Assembly: GCA_046292385.1 (NCBI GenBank)
Contig: JBKBRF010000001.1
Coordinates: 95,305-159,304, forward strand
Length of the DNA: 64,000 nt
Source: Armatimonadota bacterium
GTDB taxonomy: Bacteria; Armatimonadota; SYMT01
Direction: 5' to 3'
The position numbers and the translations under genes are program-made. Below, in pieces: positions 28,837 to 38,366 of this stretch. Positions within the stretch are counted from its first letter, which is position 1, and every line of letters begins with the position of its first letter. The notes below the pieces were generated by a model, which did not search any database, had not been told where the DNA came from, and worked only from the letters and a program-made list of their open reading frames with translations.

Positions 28837-30609
28837 ATGCGCGAGCTCTTTCGGGGCAAGGCCGGCCTGTGGGCCGGTTTCGCCGCTGTCGGACTACTAG
28901 GCCTGGGCGTCACCGGGATCGCCCAAATGCGGAGCGCGCCCTTGCGGCCTCCCGGTCAGACCGGCGAGCCGGCGAGTAACTTTTCCTCCAAGAAGGGCAC
29001 CGCGCCGCCGGTAGCGCAGGCCGTCACCTACGAGCGGCTGCTGCGTGCCCGGTCCGAGCCGCAGAACTGGCTCACCTACTATGGGGCCTACGACGGCCAA
29101 CGGTTCAGCGCCCTGGACCAGATCAACGCGAGCAACGTCAAGCAGCTCAAACCGGCCTGGGTGTTCCAATACGGTCAGATCGGCCTCACCGCCACTCCGG
29201 CTACGTACTCCTGGGAGGCAGCACCGCTTGTCGTGGATGGAGTGATGTATGTGTCCGGGTGGGACGGCCTGGTCTGGGCGCTGGATGCGGTCACCGGGGA
29301 TGTCCTCTGGCAGTACAAGCACGCCATCCCGCTGGATACGCCGCTCTGCTGCGGAAACGTGAATCGCGGCGTAGCAGTCGCCAGGGGTAAGGTCTTCGTC
29401 GCCACGCCGAACGGACGCCTGATCGCACTCGACGCCACCAACGGAAAGCCGGTCTGGACCCAGGTCTGGTGTGACGTGCGGGCCGGAGAGAGCGCCACCA
29501 TGGCGCCGCTGGTGGTGAAGAACCTGGTGCTGGTCGGAAGCTCCGGCGCGGAGTATGGGGTCCGAGGCCACATCGACGCCTTTGACCTCGACACGGGGCG
29601 TCGGGTGTGGCGGCGCTACAACGTTCCGAAGCCGGGAGAGCCGGGCGAGGAGACCTGGCCCAAGAAAGGGGATGCGTGGGCGCGGGGCGGCGGGACCGCC
29701 TGGATCACGGGCACCTACGATCCGGAGCTGGATCTGGTCTACTGGGGCACCGGCAATCCCGGGCCGGACTTCGACGGCGCCTCCCGGCCGGGCGACAACC
29801 TCTATACCAGCTCCGTCGTCGCCTTCGATCCCGACGACGGAAAGCTCCGGTGGCACTACCAGTGGACGCCGCACGACATCTGGGACTACGACGGGGTAAA
29901 CGAGAACATCCTGTTCGAGCAGGACGGGCGCAAGCTGCTTGCGCACTTCGACAAGAACGGCTATCTCTTTGTCCTGGACCGTACCAACGGCCAGTTCGTG
30001 CGAGCGACCAAGTTCGCGCGGGCTAACTGGGGCGATATCGATCCGGCGACGGGAAAGGTGACTGTCCGGCGTACCCCAAGCAAGGAGGGGTCGGAGATCA
30101 ATCCTGGACCTGCCGGCGCGAAGGAATGGCCGCACGCGGCGTATAGCCCCCGGACCGGCCTCCTCTATACGCCCGTCGTGGAGACGACCGCGCTGTTCAA
30201 GATCGGCCCGGTAGAGTTCAAAGAGAGCCTGCCTTATTGGGGAGGTGAGGCCCAGGTGACGGGGGACCACTGGGGAGCACTCAAGGCGTTTGACCCTGGA
30301 AACGGGCGCGAGGTCTGGTCGGTAAAGTACGACGGGCCGATGGTGGCCTCCGTCCTGGCCACCGCCGGGGACCTGGTCTTCACCGGTACGCCGACGGGCG
30401 AGGTAGTCGCCCACCACGCCCGCACCGGCGAGTGCCTGTGGCAGTTCCGCACCGGCAGCGGCATTCACAGCAATCCCACCACCTACAGCGTGGGTGGCAA
30501 GCAGTATTTGGCGGTGCCGACCGGCTGGGGTGGGTGGCTAGACGGCTTCGCGCCGGGTCTCTTCGGGCAGCCCCGGGGTAACTCGCTCTTCGTGTTCGCC
30601 CTTCCGTGA
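28837..30609 (+). CDS. PQQ-dependent alcohol dehydrogenase (methanol/ethanol family) with lanthanide-type DYD motif
   Basis: Signal peptide, vicinal LCCGNVNRG, GAEYGVRG, YWGTGNP, HDIWDYDGVNE, Trp-docking repeats. Confidence 0.93.
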   Translation: MRELFRGKAGLWAGFAAVGLLGLGVTGIAQMRSAPLRPPGQTGEPASNFSSKKGTAPPVAQAVTYERLLRARSEPQNWLTYYGAYDGQRFSALDQINASNVKQLKPAWVFQYGQIGLTATPATYSWEAAPLVVDGVMYVSGWDGLVWALDAVTGDVLWQYKHAIPLDTPLCCGNVNRGVAVARGKVFVATPNGRLIALDATNGKPVWTQVWCDVRAGESATMAPLVVKNLVLVGSSGAEYGVRGHIDAFDLDTGRRVWRRYNVPKPGEPGEETWPKKGDAWARGGGTAWITGTYDPELDLVYWGTGNPGPDFDGASRPGDNLYTSSVVAFDPDDGKLRWHYQWTPHDIWDYDGVNENILFEQDGRKLLAHFDKNGYLFVLDRTNGQFVRATKFARANWGDIDPATGKVTVRRTPSKEGSEINPGPAGAKEWPHAAYSPRTGLLYTPVVETTALFKIGPVEFKESLPYWGGEAQVTGDHWGALKAFDPGNGREVWSVKYDGPMVASVLATAGDLVFTGTPTGEVVAHHARTGECLWQFRTGSGIHSNPTTYSVGGKQYLAVPTGWGGWLDGFAPGLFGQPRGNSLFVFALP

Positions 30610-30893
30610 TGACGAGGTACCCTGACGTGGCTCCTGCCGAGTGCGCCAGGGTAGACTCCCCCGCCGATCTAAAGAGCAGCCTGCCTGGAGGATACCGGCC
30701 GTGGACTGCCCGGCCGCTCTCCGATAGACGGGGCGGCCGGGCGGTCCATTTCGGCGGACGCAATCGGCTGTTGCTGGACGGCCACGTGGAGTGGCTGCGC
30801 GACGTGCCGACCAATGAGAGCTTCATCCTCCGGAGGAGAATGCCGGGCAGCAACCGCTTAAAACGTCCGTTGAGGAACGGCGCGGTAGCTTGA
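30606..30893 (+). pseudogene. Remnant or mini-ORF with H-X9-DG-CTERM motif (C-terminus of DUF1559/prepilin-type proteins)
   Basis: HFGGRNRLLLDGHVEW is exactly H-x9-DG-H-V; no N-terminal prepilin cleavage motif. Confidence 0.5.
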
Positions 30894-30970
30894 TGCGTGA
30901 GCGACTCGACAGTCATCCTCCCAGAGGAGCCTACTCCCTCACTTCAAACCAGTAACCGGGCGTGACTCGG

Positions 30971-32692
30971 CTACCGACGGCCGGCCCCGGAGGTCGAGGC
31001 AGAGGACAACTCACCAGCGGGACCCACCGGTCGCCAGGCCTCTACGTCGGGAGCGAGGCCCATCGGGCGGTAATACTCCGTGTCCAGGGTTCCGATCACC
31101 TGGGTCGCAGCACCGGCGGCGGCCAGAATCAGGACGTAGCCGCCGCCCCCCGCGCCCATCAGGCCGGCCCCTAGCACGCCAGGCGCGCGCAGGGCGGCAT
31201 CAACCAGGCGATCGACCTCTGCGATACTGGCGCCGTATGCCCCCGGCTCGTGCCGCAGCGGCAGGTCCATGCCGGCCGCGGAGCTCGCCACGCGCCGGTC
31301 CCAGTACGCGTCGGAGAGCCGCTCCTGACTTTCGGTGTAGACCTCGCCGTCGCGGAAGCGCCGGTCCCCGTCATGCGTGATGGTCATCAGTCGGCCGAAC
31401 TCCGCCATCGCAGCCGGATCCCCCCCATCGAGCAAGGCGGCCATCGCGCGGCCCCGGTCGACGCGGCCCAGGCCGAAGACTGCCGCCCCGCGGAGCGGGA
31501 TCTCGTCCGGGAGCGCCGACAGCTCGTCGGTTCCGAAACATCCGCGGGCGGCGGCGGCGAAGAGCCCGGGAAACTGCGCAGACAGCTCGCGACAGGAGAT
31601 CCCGACGGGGAGCGCCCGGATCAGCCGGTTCAGTACTTCCGGCTCCAGGCGACCGGTGTGCAGATCGCCCAGGCAGGAGCATTCACGGATCACTCCGTGC
31701 GGCAGGCCGAGCTCCTCCATCGCCCGCTTCAACGCGAGGAACGCGAACCGGTAAGCGAAAACACCCCGGTTGAACAACAGGCGCTGGGCGGCGCTCTTCT
31801 CACTTCGCACGCGAGAATTCGCCAGGATCAGCTCGTAGCCGTCCGGGAACCGGGAGTACTGCAGCTCCTCCACGCCGAGCGGTGCCCGGAAGCGGATATG
31901 CGTGAGCGCGCCGCGGCGACCGAGCAAGATGGCGGCGTGATCTCCGCAGCCGCCCCGGGTACCGACGTACCATTCCGCTTCGCCGGCCAGCTCGGCGGCA
32001 CGAGTCCGCTCGAGCGAGACCCCCCAGGCATCCGCGGCGGCGAGCAGCGCCAGCACCGTCAGTGCGGAGGATGAGCTGAGGCCGCCCCCTTGAGGGATGT
32101 CGCTATGGAGCGTGAGCCGCAGGCCGCGAGGGGCGGGGAGCCGGCTGTTCTGGAGCAGTCGCAGAATCCCGCCGCGAAGATAGTTCTGCGCGCCCCTACG
32201 ACCGTGCGCCCGACCCGTGGGGTCGCGGTAATCGTCCACGGTGCGGAGTACCGGCTCCGCCTCGATGTAGGACGGCCAGGCGTCGTCCCACTCGCGCTCA
32301 GCCCGTCCGCGCTCCTCCGCCAGCGAGAAGTGGAGCAGGGGAGCCGCCGCCGGATCCGTGTTCGTTATGGCAACCAGGTCATCGTCCGCTGGCGAGGCGA
32401 CCATGAAGAGCTCTCTCGCGTGAAGCCCGTACGGGACCCAGGCGCCCTGGTGATCCGCATGCGGATTGAGCGAAATTCGGCAGGGTGCCCGGTAGAGACG
32501 GCACGGTAGGTCGCCGAAACTCTCCTTGAAGCGCTCGACGGCCTGGATGGCGGCGTCGGCTCGCTCTCGGCAGAGGCCCTCATCGGGACCGTACCACTCG
32601 ATCAGGTCCTGCAGAGAAGCAGGATGACGCAGCCGAGCCAGGAGCTCGCTCGCAGCACGATCCGGGCCGGTGGAAACAGAGACAGCGGACAT
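30971..32692 (-). CDS. GHMP-family sugar kinase (galactokinase-like, divergent)
   Basis: SDIPQGGGLSSSSA ATP loop, GAGLMGAGGGG, FGRLMTITH. Confidence 0.85.
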   Translation of the reverse strand: MSAVSVSTGPDRAASELLARLRHPASLQDLIEWYGPDEGLCRERADAAIQAVERFKESFGDLPCRLYRAPCRISLNPHADHQGAWVPYGLHARELFMVASPADDDLVAITNTDPAAAPLLHFSLAEERGRAEREWDDAWPSYIEAEPVLRTVDDYRDPTGRAHGRRGAQNYLRGGILRLLQNSRLPAPRGLRLTLHSDIPQGGGLSSSSALTVLALLAAADAWGVSLERTRAAELAGEAEWYVGTRGGCGDHAAILLGRRGALTHIRFRAPLGVEELQYSRFPDGYELILANSRVRSEKSAAQRLLFNRGVFAYRFAFLALKRAMEELGLPHGVIRECSCLGDLHTGRLEPEVLNRLIRALPVGISCRELSAQFPGLFAAAARGCFGTDELSALPDEIPLRGAAVFGLGRVDRGRAMAALLDGGDPAAMAEFGRLMTITHDGDRRFRDGEVYTESQERLSDAYWDRRVASSAAGMDLPLRHEPGAYGASIAEVDRLVDAALRAPGVLGAGLMGAGGGGYVLILAAAGAATQVIGTLDTEYYRPMGLAPDVEAWRPVGPAGELSSASTSGAGRR

Positions 32693-33198
32693 CGTGGCTC
32701 CGTGGGTCGTCGTTCGAGGTGAGGGTTAGGGTGCCCGCGGAGGCGGGCGGCAATGTGGTGGAGAGGGCTTCGCTTCCGAGCAAGATTGCGCTACAATAGG
32801 CGCTGGGTGAGGAAGGATCCACTCGACTGCTGAGGTAACAACGGGTAGGTGTTCAGCCTGACGCCACTCTCCTCCTGTCAGGTAGAGCCATGACTTCGCT
32901 GCCTTCCGACCGGATCGCGCTTCCGCTGAAACCCAGCGGCCGGCACGTTCTGAACAGAACGAAGGCCTTGCGCCGTGGGATGGTTCCAGCGAACCTCCCG
33001 CACCGGTTTAGGAGCCACTCTGCTCTCGGTTTGGAACCGAGAGTGCTACGCAATGTACCAGCGGGCTCGTGCGGTCAGGTCTCCGGTTATCGGAGCGCGA
33101 CCTTCTCCCCGGCCGAGCGAGTTGGCTAGCTATTCCTTTCTGTCACCGCCCCACGTTCGACCCGAGCGGTCCTGCGTCCGGGTGGTATTCGAGGACGT

Positions 33199-34497
33199 AT
33201 GATGGACGCGCTCGCTGAAAAGATTCAGAGCCGCTCGGCCTGTATTGCGGTGATCGGACAGGGCTACGTGGGGCTGCCGCTCTCCACAGCATTTTCGCAG
33301 CAGGGCTTTCGCGTCCTGGGGGTTGAAGCGGACCCGGCCAAGATCGCCGCTCTCAATGCCGGCCGCTCTTATATTCCCGACATTCCGGAAGAGATGCTGC
33401 GGGAAGCGCTGGCATGCGGGTACGAGGCGACTGGCGACGCCACGCGCCTCCGGGAGGCGGATGCGATCCTGATCACGGTGCCGACCCCGTACACCAAGAC
33501 CAAGCAGCCGGACATGACCTACGTGCACCAGGCGGCAGAGGCCGTAGCGTCGCAGCTTCGACCGGGGCAGTTGATCATTCTGGAGAGCACTACCTACCCC
33601 GGCACCACGGAAGAGCTGCTGCTTCCGGCGCTGGAGAAGAATGGGCTCAAGGGCGGGATCGATTTCGAAGTAGCCTACTCTCCCGAGCGGATCGATCCGG
33701 GAAACCCCACCTACAACCTGTACAACACGCCGAAGGTGGTGGGCGGTCTCACAGACCGCGCAGCCAAACTGGCGGTTGCACTGTACGCTACAGTTGTAAA
33801 GGAAGTGGTACCCGTTACCTCCGCGGCGGCGGCCGAGATGGCGAAGCTGCTGGAGAACACCTTCCGGCACGTCAACATCGCGCTCGCGAACGAGATGGCG
33901 CTCCTGTGCCACCGGATGAACATCAACGTCTGGGAAGTGATCCGCGCCGCGGGGACGAAGCCGTTTGGCTTTACGACGTTCTATCCGGGGCCCGGCGTAG
34001 GAGGTCACTGCATCCCGATCGATCCGTACTACCTGGTGTGGAAAGCCCATGAACAGGAGACGGTGGCGCATCTGGTGGAAGTCGCCGGACAGATCAACGA
34101 GCGGATGCCGGATCACGTGGTGGAGCGGGTCGTCGATCTGCTCAACGACCGCGGGCGCAGTCTCCGTGGCAGCCACGTACTGCTCCTGGGCGTGAGCTAC
34201 AAGAAGGACATTCCGGACCTGCGAGAGTCTCCGGCGCTCCGGGTGCTGGAAAAGCTCCATCAGAAAGGCGCGCGGATCTCCTATCACGATCCGCACGTGC
34301 CGAGCCTGCCGTGGCATTTCGGAGCCCTGGAGTCCGTAGGGCTGACCGCCGAGAGCCTGGGGAGCGCGGATTGCGTAATCCTGCTTACGGATCATTCTAC
34401 GCTCGACAAGGAGCTTGTCGCACGGCATGCTCCGGTGGTGCTCGACACCCGCAACGCGCTGTGCCGCTTCGCCGGCGAGAACGTGGTGCCGCTCTAG
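33199..34497 (+). CDS. Nucleotide-sugar 6-dehydrogenase (UDP-GlcNAc/UDP-glucose/GDP-mannose dehydrogenase family, WbpA/TviB-like)
   Basis: GQGYVG, ESTTYPGTT, SPERIDPG, KLLENTFR, GPGVGGHCIPIDP, DLRESP. Confidence 0.93.
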   Translation: MMDALAEKIQSRSACIAVIGQGYVGLPLSTAFSQQGFRVLGVEADPAKIAALNAGRSYIPDIPEEMLREALACGYEATGDATRLREADAILITVPTPYTKTKQPDMTYVHQAAEAVASQLRPGQLIILESTTYPGTTEELLLPALEKNGLKGGIDFEVAYSPERIDPGNPTYNLYNTPKVVGGLTDRAAKLAVALYATVVKEVVPVTSAAAAEMAKLLENTFRHVNIALANEMALLCHRMNINVWEVIRAAGTKPFGFTTFYPGPGVGGHCIPIDPYYLVWKAHEQETVAHLVEVAGQINERMPDHVVERVVDLLNDRGRSLRGSHVLLLGVSYKKDIPDLRESPALRVLEKLHQKGARISYHDPHVPSLPWHFGALESVGLTAESLGSADCVILLTDHSTLDKELVARHAPVVLDTRNALCRFAGENVVPL

Positions 34498-34563
34498 TCG
34501 GGATCGGGAGCGCGACGATGAACCTAGCTGTGCGTCGCGCGAAGATGGAGTGAGCAGTCTCTT

Positions 34564-36765
34564 ATGAGCTTACAAACGGCAACGGAAGCGCTCAGCCCCC
34601 AAACCGAAGAGATCAACATTCGCCAGATCCTGGACATCATCCGGAGGCGGCGGGCGATCTTCCTTCAGGTTTTCATTGTGGTGCTGGCGGCGGGCGTAGT
34701 GGCGTCGCTGCTGCAGAAGCCGCTGTACCAGACCGAGGGCGAGCTGATCATCCCGCAGGGGTCACAATCGATCAACGTCGTCGATCCCAAGGACCCGCTC
34801 TCCTACGTTCTGAGCGCCGGGGCCAGCGACCCGCTCTCTACGCAGATCCGGGAGATGAGCAGCACCGGCTTTCTGGAGAGTGCCCGGAAGCAGGCGGGGG
34901 TCTCGGGGCGATCCGATATCCAGGCCCCGTCCGTCAAGATCGAGGCCGACGGCCCGCAGTCAAACATCGTGGGGGTCACGGTTACCGGGGGGGATCCGAA
35001 GGAGATCACCCGCCTGTGCGAGGCGATTCTCACCCTGTTCCCGAAGTGGATGGAACAGCATCAGACCAAGGAAGTGGCCGCCGCCTTAGACTTCGTCGAG
35101 ACGCAGTATAAGGAAACCGAAGCGAAGCTGCGGGCGGCCGAGACGTCGCTGGCAAGTTTCCGGCGGGAAAAGCAGATCGCCAGCCTGGAGCTGGAGGCTG
35201 CGGCGCGGCAGCGCGAATACAGCGATCTCCAGGCGACGATGCGGGGCGCCCAGATGAACGCCACTGCCACCCGCGCCCAGATTGACGAGCTGAAGGCGAT
35301 TCTGCAGAGTGAGCCGACACAGCTCCTGGAAGTGACGACCCGGGACAACCCGAGGTACGCGGACCTCCAGAGGCAGCAGAGCGAGCTCCAGCAGCGGCTG
35401 AGCGAACAGCTCGCGCTCTACAAGCCTGGCTCCCGACAGATTACGGACCTCCAGAAGCAGCTCGACTACGTTGCCGCGCAGCTCGAAAGTGAGCCGCGGG
35501 AGCTCGAGACGACGGTCCGCGCACCGAACGCCTCCCGCTCTACGATCCAGGCTCAGATCACCGATCTCCAGGCCAAGCTGCAGAGCTACCGGGCAGAGGC
35601 GAACCTGGCACGGTCCCGCTTCGAGCAGCGACAGGGCGAGCTCGAGGGCAGCGGCGCCTGGGAAGTCCAACTCAACCGGCTGACGCAGGACCGCGACCGG
35701 CTGCAGAGCCAGTTCAATATGCTCTCTGAGCGGCGACAGACGCTGCAGATCCGGAAGAACGCCCTCGCTCCCGTTGGGCGTCCGCTCAGCCAGCCAAGCG
35801 AGCCAAACTCTCCCATCAGCCCGAACCGTAAGGCCGACATCGCCATGACGTTAGTGCTGGCGCTGTTGCTGGCAGGCGGCGTCGTGATGCTGCAGGAATG
35901 GCTGGATGACCGCATCAACTCCCCGGAGGACCTGGAGCGCGTCACGCCACTGCCGGCCCTGGGGCACGTGCCGCTGCTTGGCTCCAACGACCCGGTGGCG
36001 GTTCACGCCCACCGCGCCAACTCCCAGTTTGCGGAAGCATACCGCCTACTCCGGTCCAACGTCGGCTTCGCGAGTATCGACGCGCCGCTCAGCCGCCTCC
36101 AGGTCACCAGCGCCTCAAAGGGCGAAGGTAAGACCGTGACCGCCGCCAACCTCGCCACTGCCCTGGCCATGGACGGCAAGCGGGTGATCCTGATGGACGC
36201 GGACCTGCGCCGGCCGGCGGTGCACCGGGTGTTCAATCTCCCCAACACGCCGGGGTTGACGGAGGCGCTTACCGGGACTAAGTCCGTTCAGGAAGTGATC
36301 CGGCCGACCGAGATTGAGAACCTCCGGGTGGTCACCTCTGGCGCGATCCCGCCCAACCCTGCAGAGCTCCTCGGCTCCGCGGCGTTCGACAGTGTTCTGG
36401 AGCGGCTGGAAGCGGAAGCTGACATCGTGGTGGTTGATAGCCCGCCCTGCATGCCGGTGACCGATCCGCTGATCCTGGCCGGGCGGATGGACGGCGTGCT
36501 GCTGGTGCTGCGCGTGGGCCAGACTCGCCGCGGGGCCATCCGCCACGTTAGCGACCTGCTCCACCGGGCGCACGCGCGCATCCTGGGGGTGGTCTACAAC
36601 CGGATCTCCACGGAGCGCGGTAGCTCTTACTATTATCAGAACTACTACTACTACCACGGTGACGACTACTACGGCGACGACGACACGGGTCATCGTCGCA
36701 ACGGCAAGCGACGCAAGCGCAGCCTTCCGAATCGGGAGAGTGAACTGGCTCGACGCGACGATTGA
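34564..36765 (+). CDS. wzc: Polysaccharide co-polymerase / BY-kinase
   Basis: Two TM helices flanking a coiled coil; Walker A SASKGEGKT, DADLRRP, VVVDSPP; C-terminal Tyr cluster YYYQNYYYYHGDDYY. Confidence 0.93.
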   Translation: MSLQTATEALSPQTEEINIRQILDIIRRRRAIFLQVFIVVLAAGVVASLLQKPLYQTEGELIIPQGSQSINVVDPKDPLSYVLSAGASDPLSTQIREMSSTGFLESARKQAGVSGRSDIQAPSVKIEADGPQSNIVGVTVTGGDPKEITRLCEAILTLFPKWMEQHQTKEVAAALDFVETQYKETEAKLRAAETSLASFRREKQIASLELEAAARQREYSDLQATMRGAQMNATATRAQIDELKAILQSEPTQLLEVTTRDNPRYADLQRQQSELQQRLSEQLALYKPGSRQITDLQKQLDYVAAQLESEPRELETTVRAPNASRSTIQAQITDLQAKLQSYRAEANLARSRFEQRQGELEGSGAWEVQLNRLTQDRDRLQSQFNMLSERRQTLQIRKNALAPVGRPLSQPSEPNSPISPNRKADIAMTLVLALLLAGGVVMLQEWLDDRINSPEDLERVTPLPALGHVPLLGSNDPVAVHAHRANSQFAEAYRLLRSNVGFASIDAPLSRLQVTSASKGEGKTVTAANLATALAMDGKRVILMDADLRRPAVHRVFNLPNTPGLTEALTGTKSVQEVIRPTEIENLRVVTSGAIPPNPAELLGSAAFDSVLERLEAEADIVVVDSPPCMPVTDPLILAGRMDGVLLVLRVGQTRRGAIRHVSDLLHRAHARILGVVYNRISTERGSSYYYQNYYYYHGDDYYGDDDTGHRRNGKRRKRSLPNRESELARRDD

Positions 36766-36808
36766 CGTGCTATCGAAGCTCTCTGACCAGTCACGGAGGA
36801 AACCCGCC

Positions 36809-38299
36809 ATGCGTAACTCACTCCATCGTGCCATCCTCGCCCTCGCGGCAGGATGCCTCACAACGACGCTCATGCTGGGAGGCGCAGCGCCTGCCTGGGC
36901 GCTCCAGGACCCTGGCAAGCCCGCGCCGACCACCGATAGCGGCACGTCCACTTACCGCATTCAGGTGCGGGACGAGCTGTCCGTCTCGGTCACGCCGCAG
37001 AAGGAGTACGACTGCGACGGCGTCGTTCTGGATGACGGCATGCTCACGCTGAAGAACATCGGCCGCGTGAAGGCCGCCGGCCTGACGCTGGATGAGCTTC
37101 AGAAGGAGATCACCAAGCTGCTGGAAGCGGAGTTGGTGGATCCGCGGGTGATCGTCGCGATCAGCAAGGTGGCGCCGGAGATCTCCCAGGGCCGCGTCAC
37201 GGTAACCGGCGGAGTCGAGCGTGGCGGCTTGGTGGAGCTGCAGCCGGGAATGCGGCTGCGCAAGGCGATCGATCTGGTCGGCGGCCCCTCTCGCGATGCC
37301 GACCTCAGCAAGGTCGTGGTGATCCACAAGGACCTGACCCGCACCGTCGTGGACCTCTCCGCCCCCGATGCGGTGGTCATGGAAGCCCACAACGTGCTGC
37401 TGCGGGACGGTGACTCTGTGGAAGTGCCGACGCTCGCCCCGCGCGGACGCGCGACGATTATCGGTGCCGTGGAGCGCGGCGGCCCGTTGGAGCTGGAGCC
37501 GGGCCTGCGCCTCTGGAAGGCGATCGCCCTCTCCGGCGGCCCCTCTCGCGAGGCGGATCTCTCGAAGGTCCGGGTGGTGCACAAGGACCAGACGGTTACC
37601 CTCGTCAATCTCTCCGGTGACCCTGCCGCACTCCAGGATCGGGACAACCTGCTGCTGAAGGATGGCGATTCCGTAGAGGTGCCGCTCCGCTTCGAGTCCG
37701 GGGTCGTGGCGATTACCGGCGCCGTAGGTACTCCCGGCACCTACGACCTGAAGCCCGGCGCCACGCTCCAGGACCTGGCGCAGCAGGGCGGCAAGTTCGC
37801 CAGCACGGCCGACCTCTCCGCGATTGAGATCAAGCGGGCCGACGGGAAGGTCCTGAAGGTGAACCTCCTCGACCCCGTCAAGGGCCCCGAGGCGCTTCGG
37901 ACGCCGCTGGCGCCTGGGGACGAGGTTTCGGTCCCGCAAGTCAAGGATAAGGTGCTGGTGGTTGGCCCGATTCAGCAGCCCGGCTACCGCCCGCTCAAGG
38001 AAGGTCAGACGATCCGGGAGTTCCTGAACGATCCGGACTCTGGTGCCTATGAGCTGTACGACAAGTCCCGGGTGAACTACAAGAACGTCCGTATCCTTCG
38101 GCCCGGGGAGGACGAGGCGATCAAGATCAACCTGAACGACGCCATCAACAAGAAGCAGTCGAAGCACAACATCGAGCTGAAGAGCGGCGATACGCTGCTC
38201 TTCGAGCCGCGGGATCCTGGCGAGGGACGGCCGGGCGGAGTGCTGGGAATGCTCCAGTATCTGAGCCCGCTCAGCTGGCTGCTCCCGCGTTTCTTCTAA
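36809..38299 (+). CDS. wza: Polysaccharide export protein (Wza/OPX family) with multiple SLBB repeats
   Basis: RBS GGAGG, signal peptide, YRIQVRDEL...GRVKAAGLT...DPRV poly_export domain, repeated SLBB units ending L.DGD.V.VP. Confidence 0.85.
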   Translation: MRNSLHRAILALAAGCLTTTLMLGGAAPAWALQDPGKPAPTTDSGTSTYRIQVRDELSVSVTPQKEYDCDGVVLDDGMLTLKNIGRVKAAGLTLDELQKEITKLLEAELVDPRVIVAISKVAPEISQGRVTVTGGVERGGLVELQPGMRLRKAIDLVGGPSRDADLSKVVVIHKDLTRTVVDLSAPDAVVMEAHNVLLRDGDSVEVPTLAPRGRATIIGAVERGGPLELEPGLRLWKAIALSGGPSREADLSKVRVVHKDQTVTLVNLSGDPAALQDRDNLLLKDGDSVEVPLRFESGVVAITGAVGTPGTYDLKPGATLQDLAQQGGKFASTADLSAIEIKRADGKVLKVNLLDPVKGPEALRTPLAPGDEVSVPQVKDKVLVVGPIQQPGYRPLKEGQTIREFLNDPDSGAYELYDKSRVNYKNVRILRPGEDEAIKINLNDAINKKQSKHNIELKSGDTLLFEPRDPGEGRPGGVLGMLQYLSPLSWLLPRFF

Positions 38300-38304
38300 G
38301 CCCC

Positions 38305-38342
38305 GCAGGTGCGGCCGAAGCACCGGCCGCACCTGCCTTCTT
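38305..38342 (+). terminator. Intrinsic terminator-like hairpin after wza
   Basis: GCAGGTGCGGCCG-aagcac-CGGCCGCACCTGC perfect 13-bp stem followed by CTTCTT. Confidence 0.65.
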
Positions 38343-38366
38343 AACTCGACCGCACCCGCCTTCTGC

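Noticed and set aside
32722..32732. GGGTTAGGG telomere-like or G-rich word
   Set aside because: Single occurrence, consistent with chance.
36628..36684. TAC/GAC trinucleotide runs
   Set aside because: They simply encode the normal Wzc tyrosine cluster and acidic tail, not a contingency repeat.
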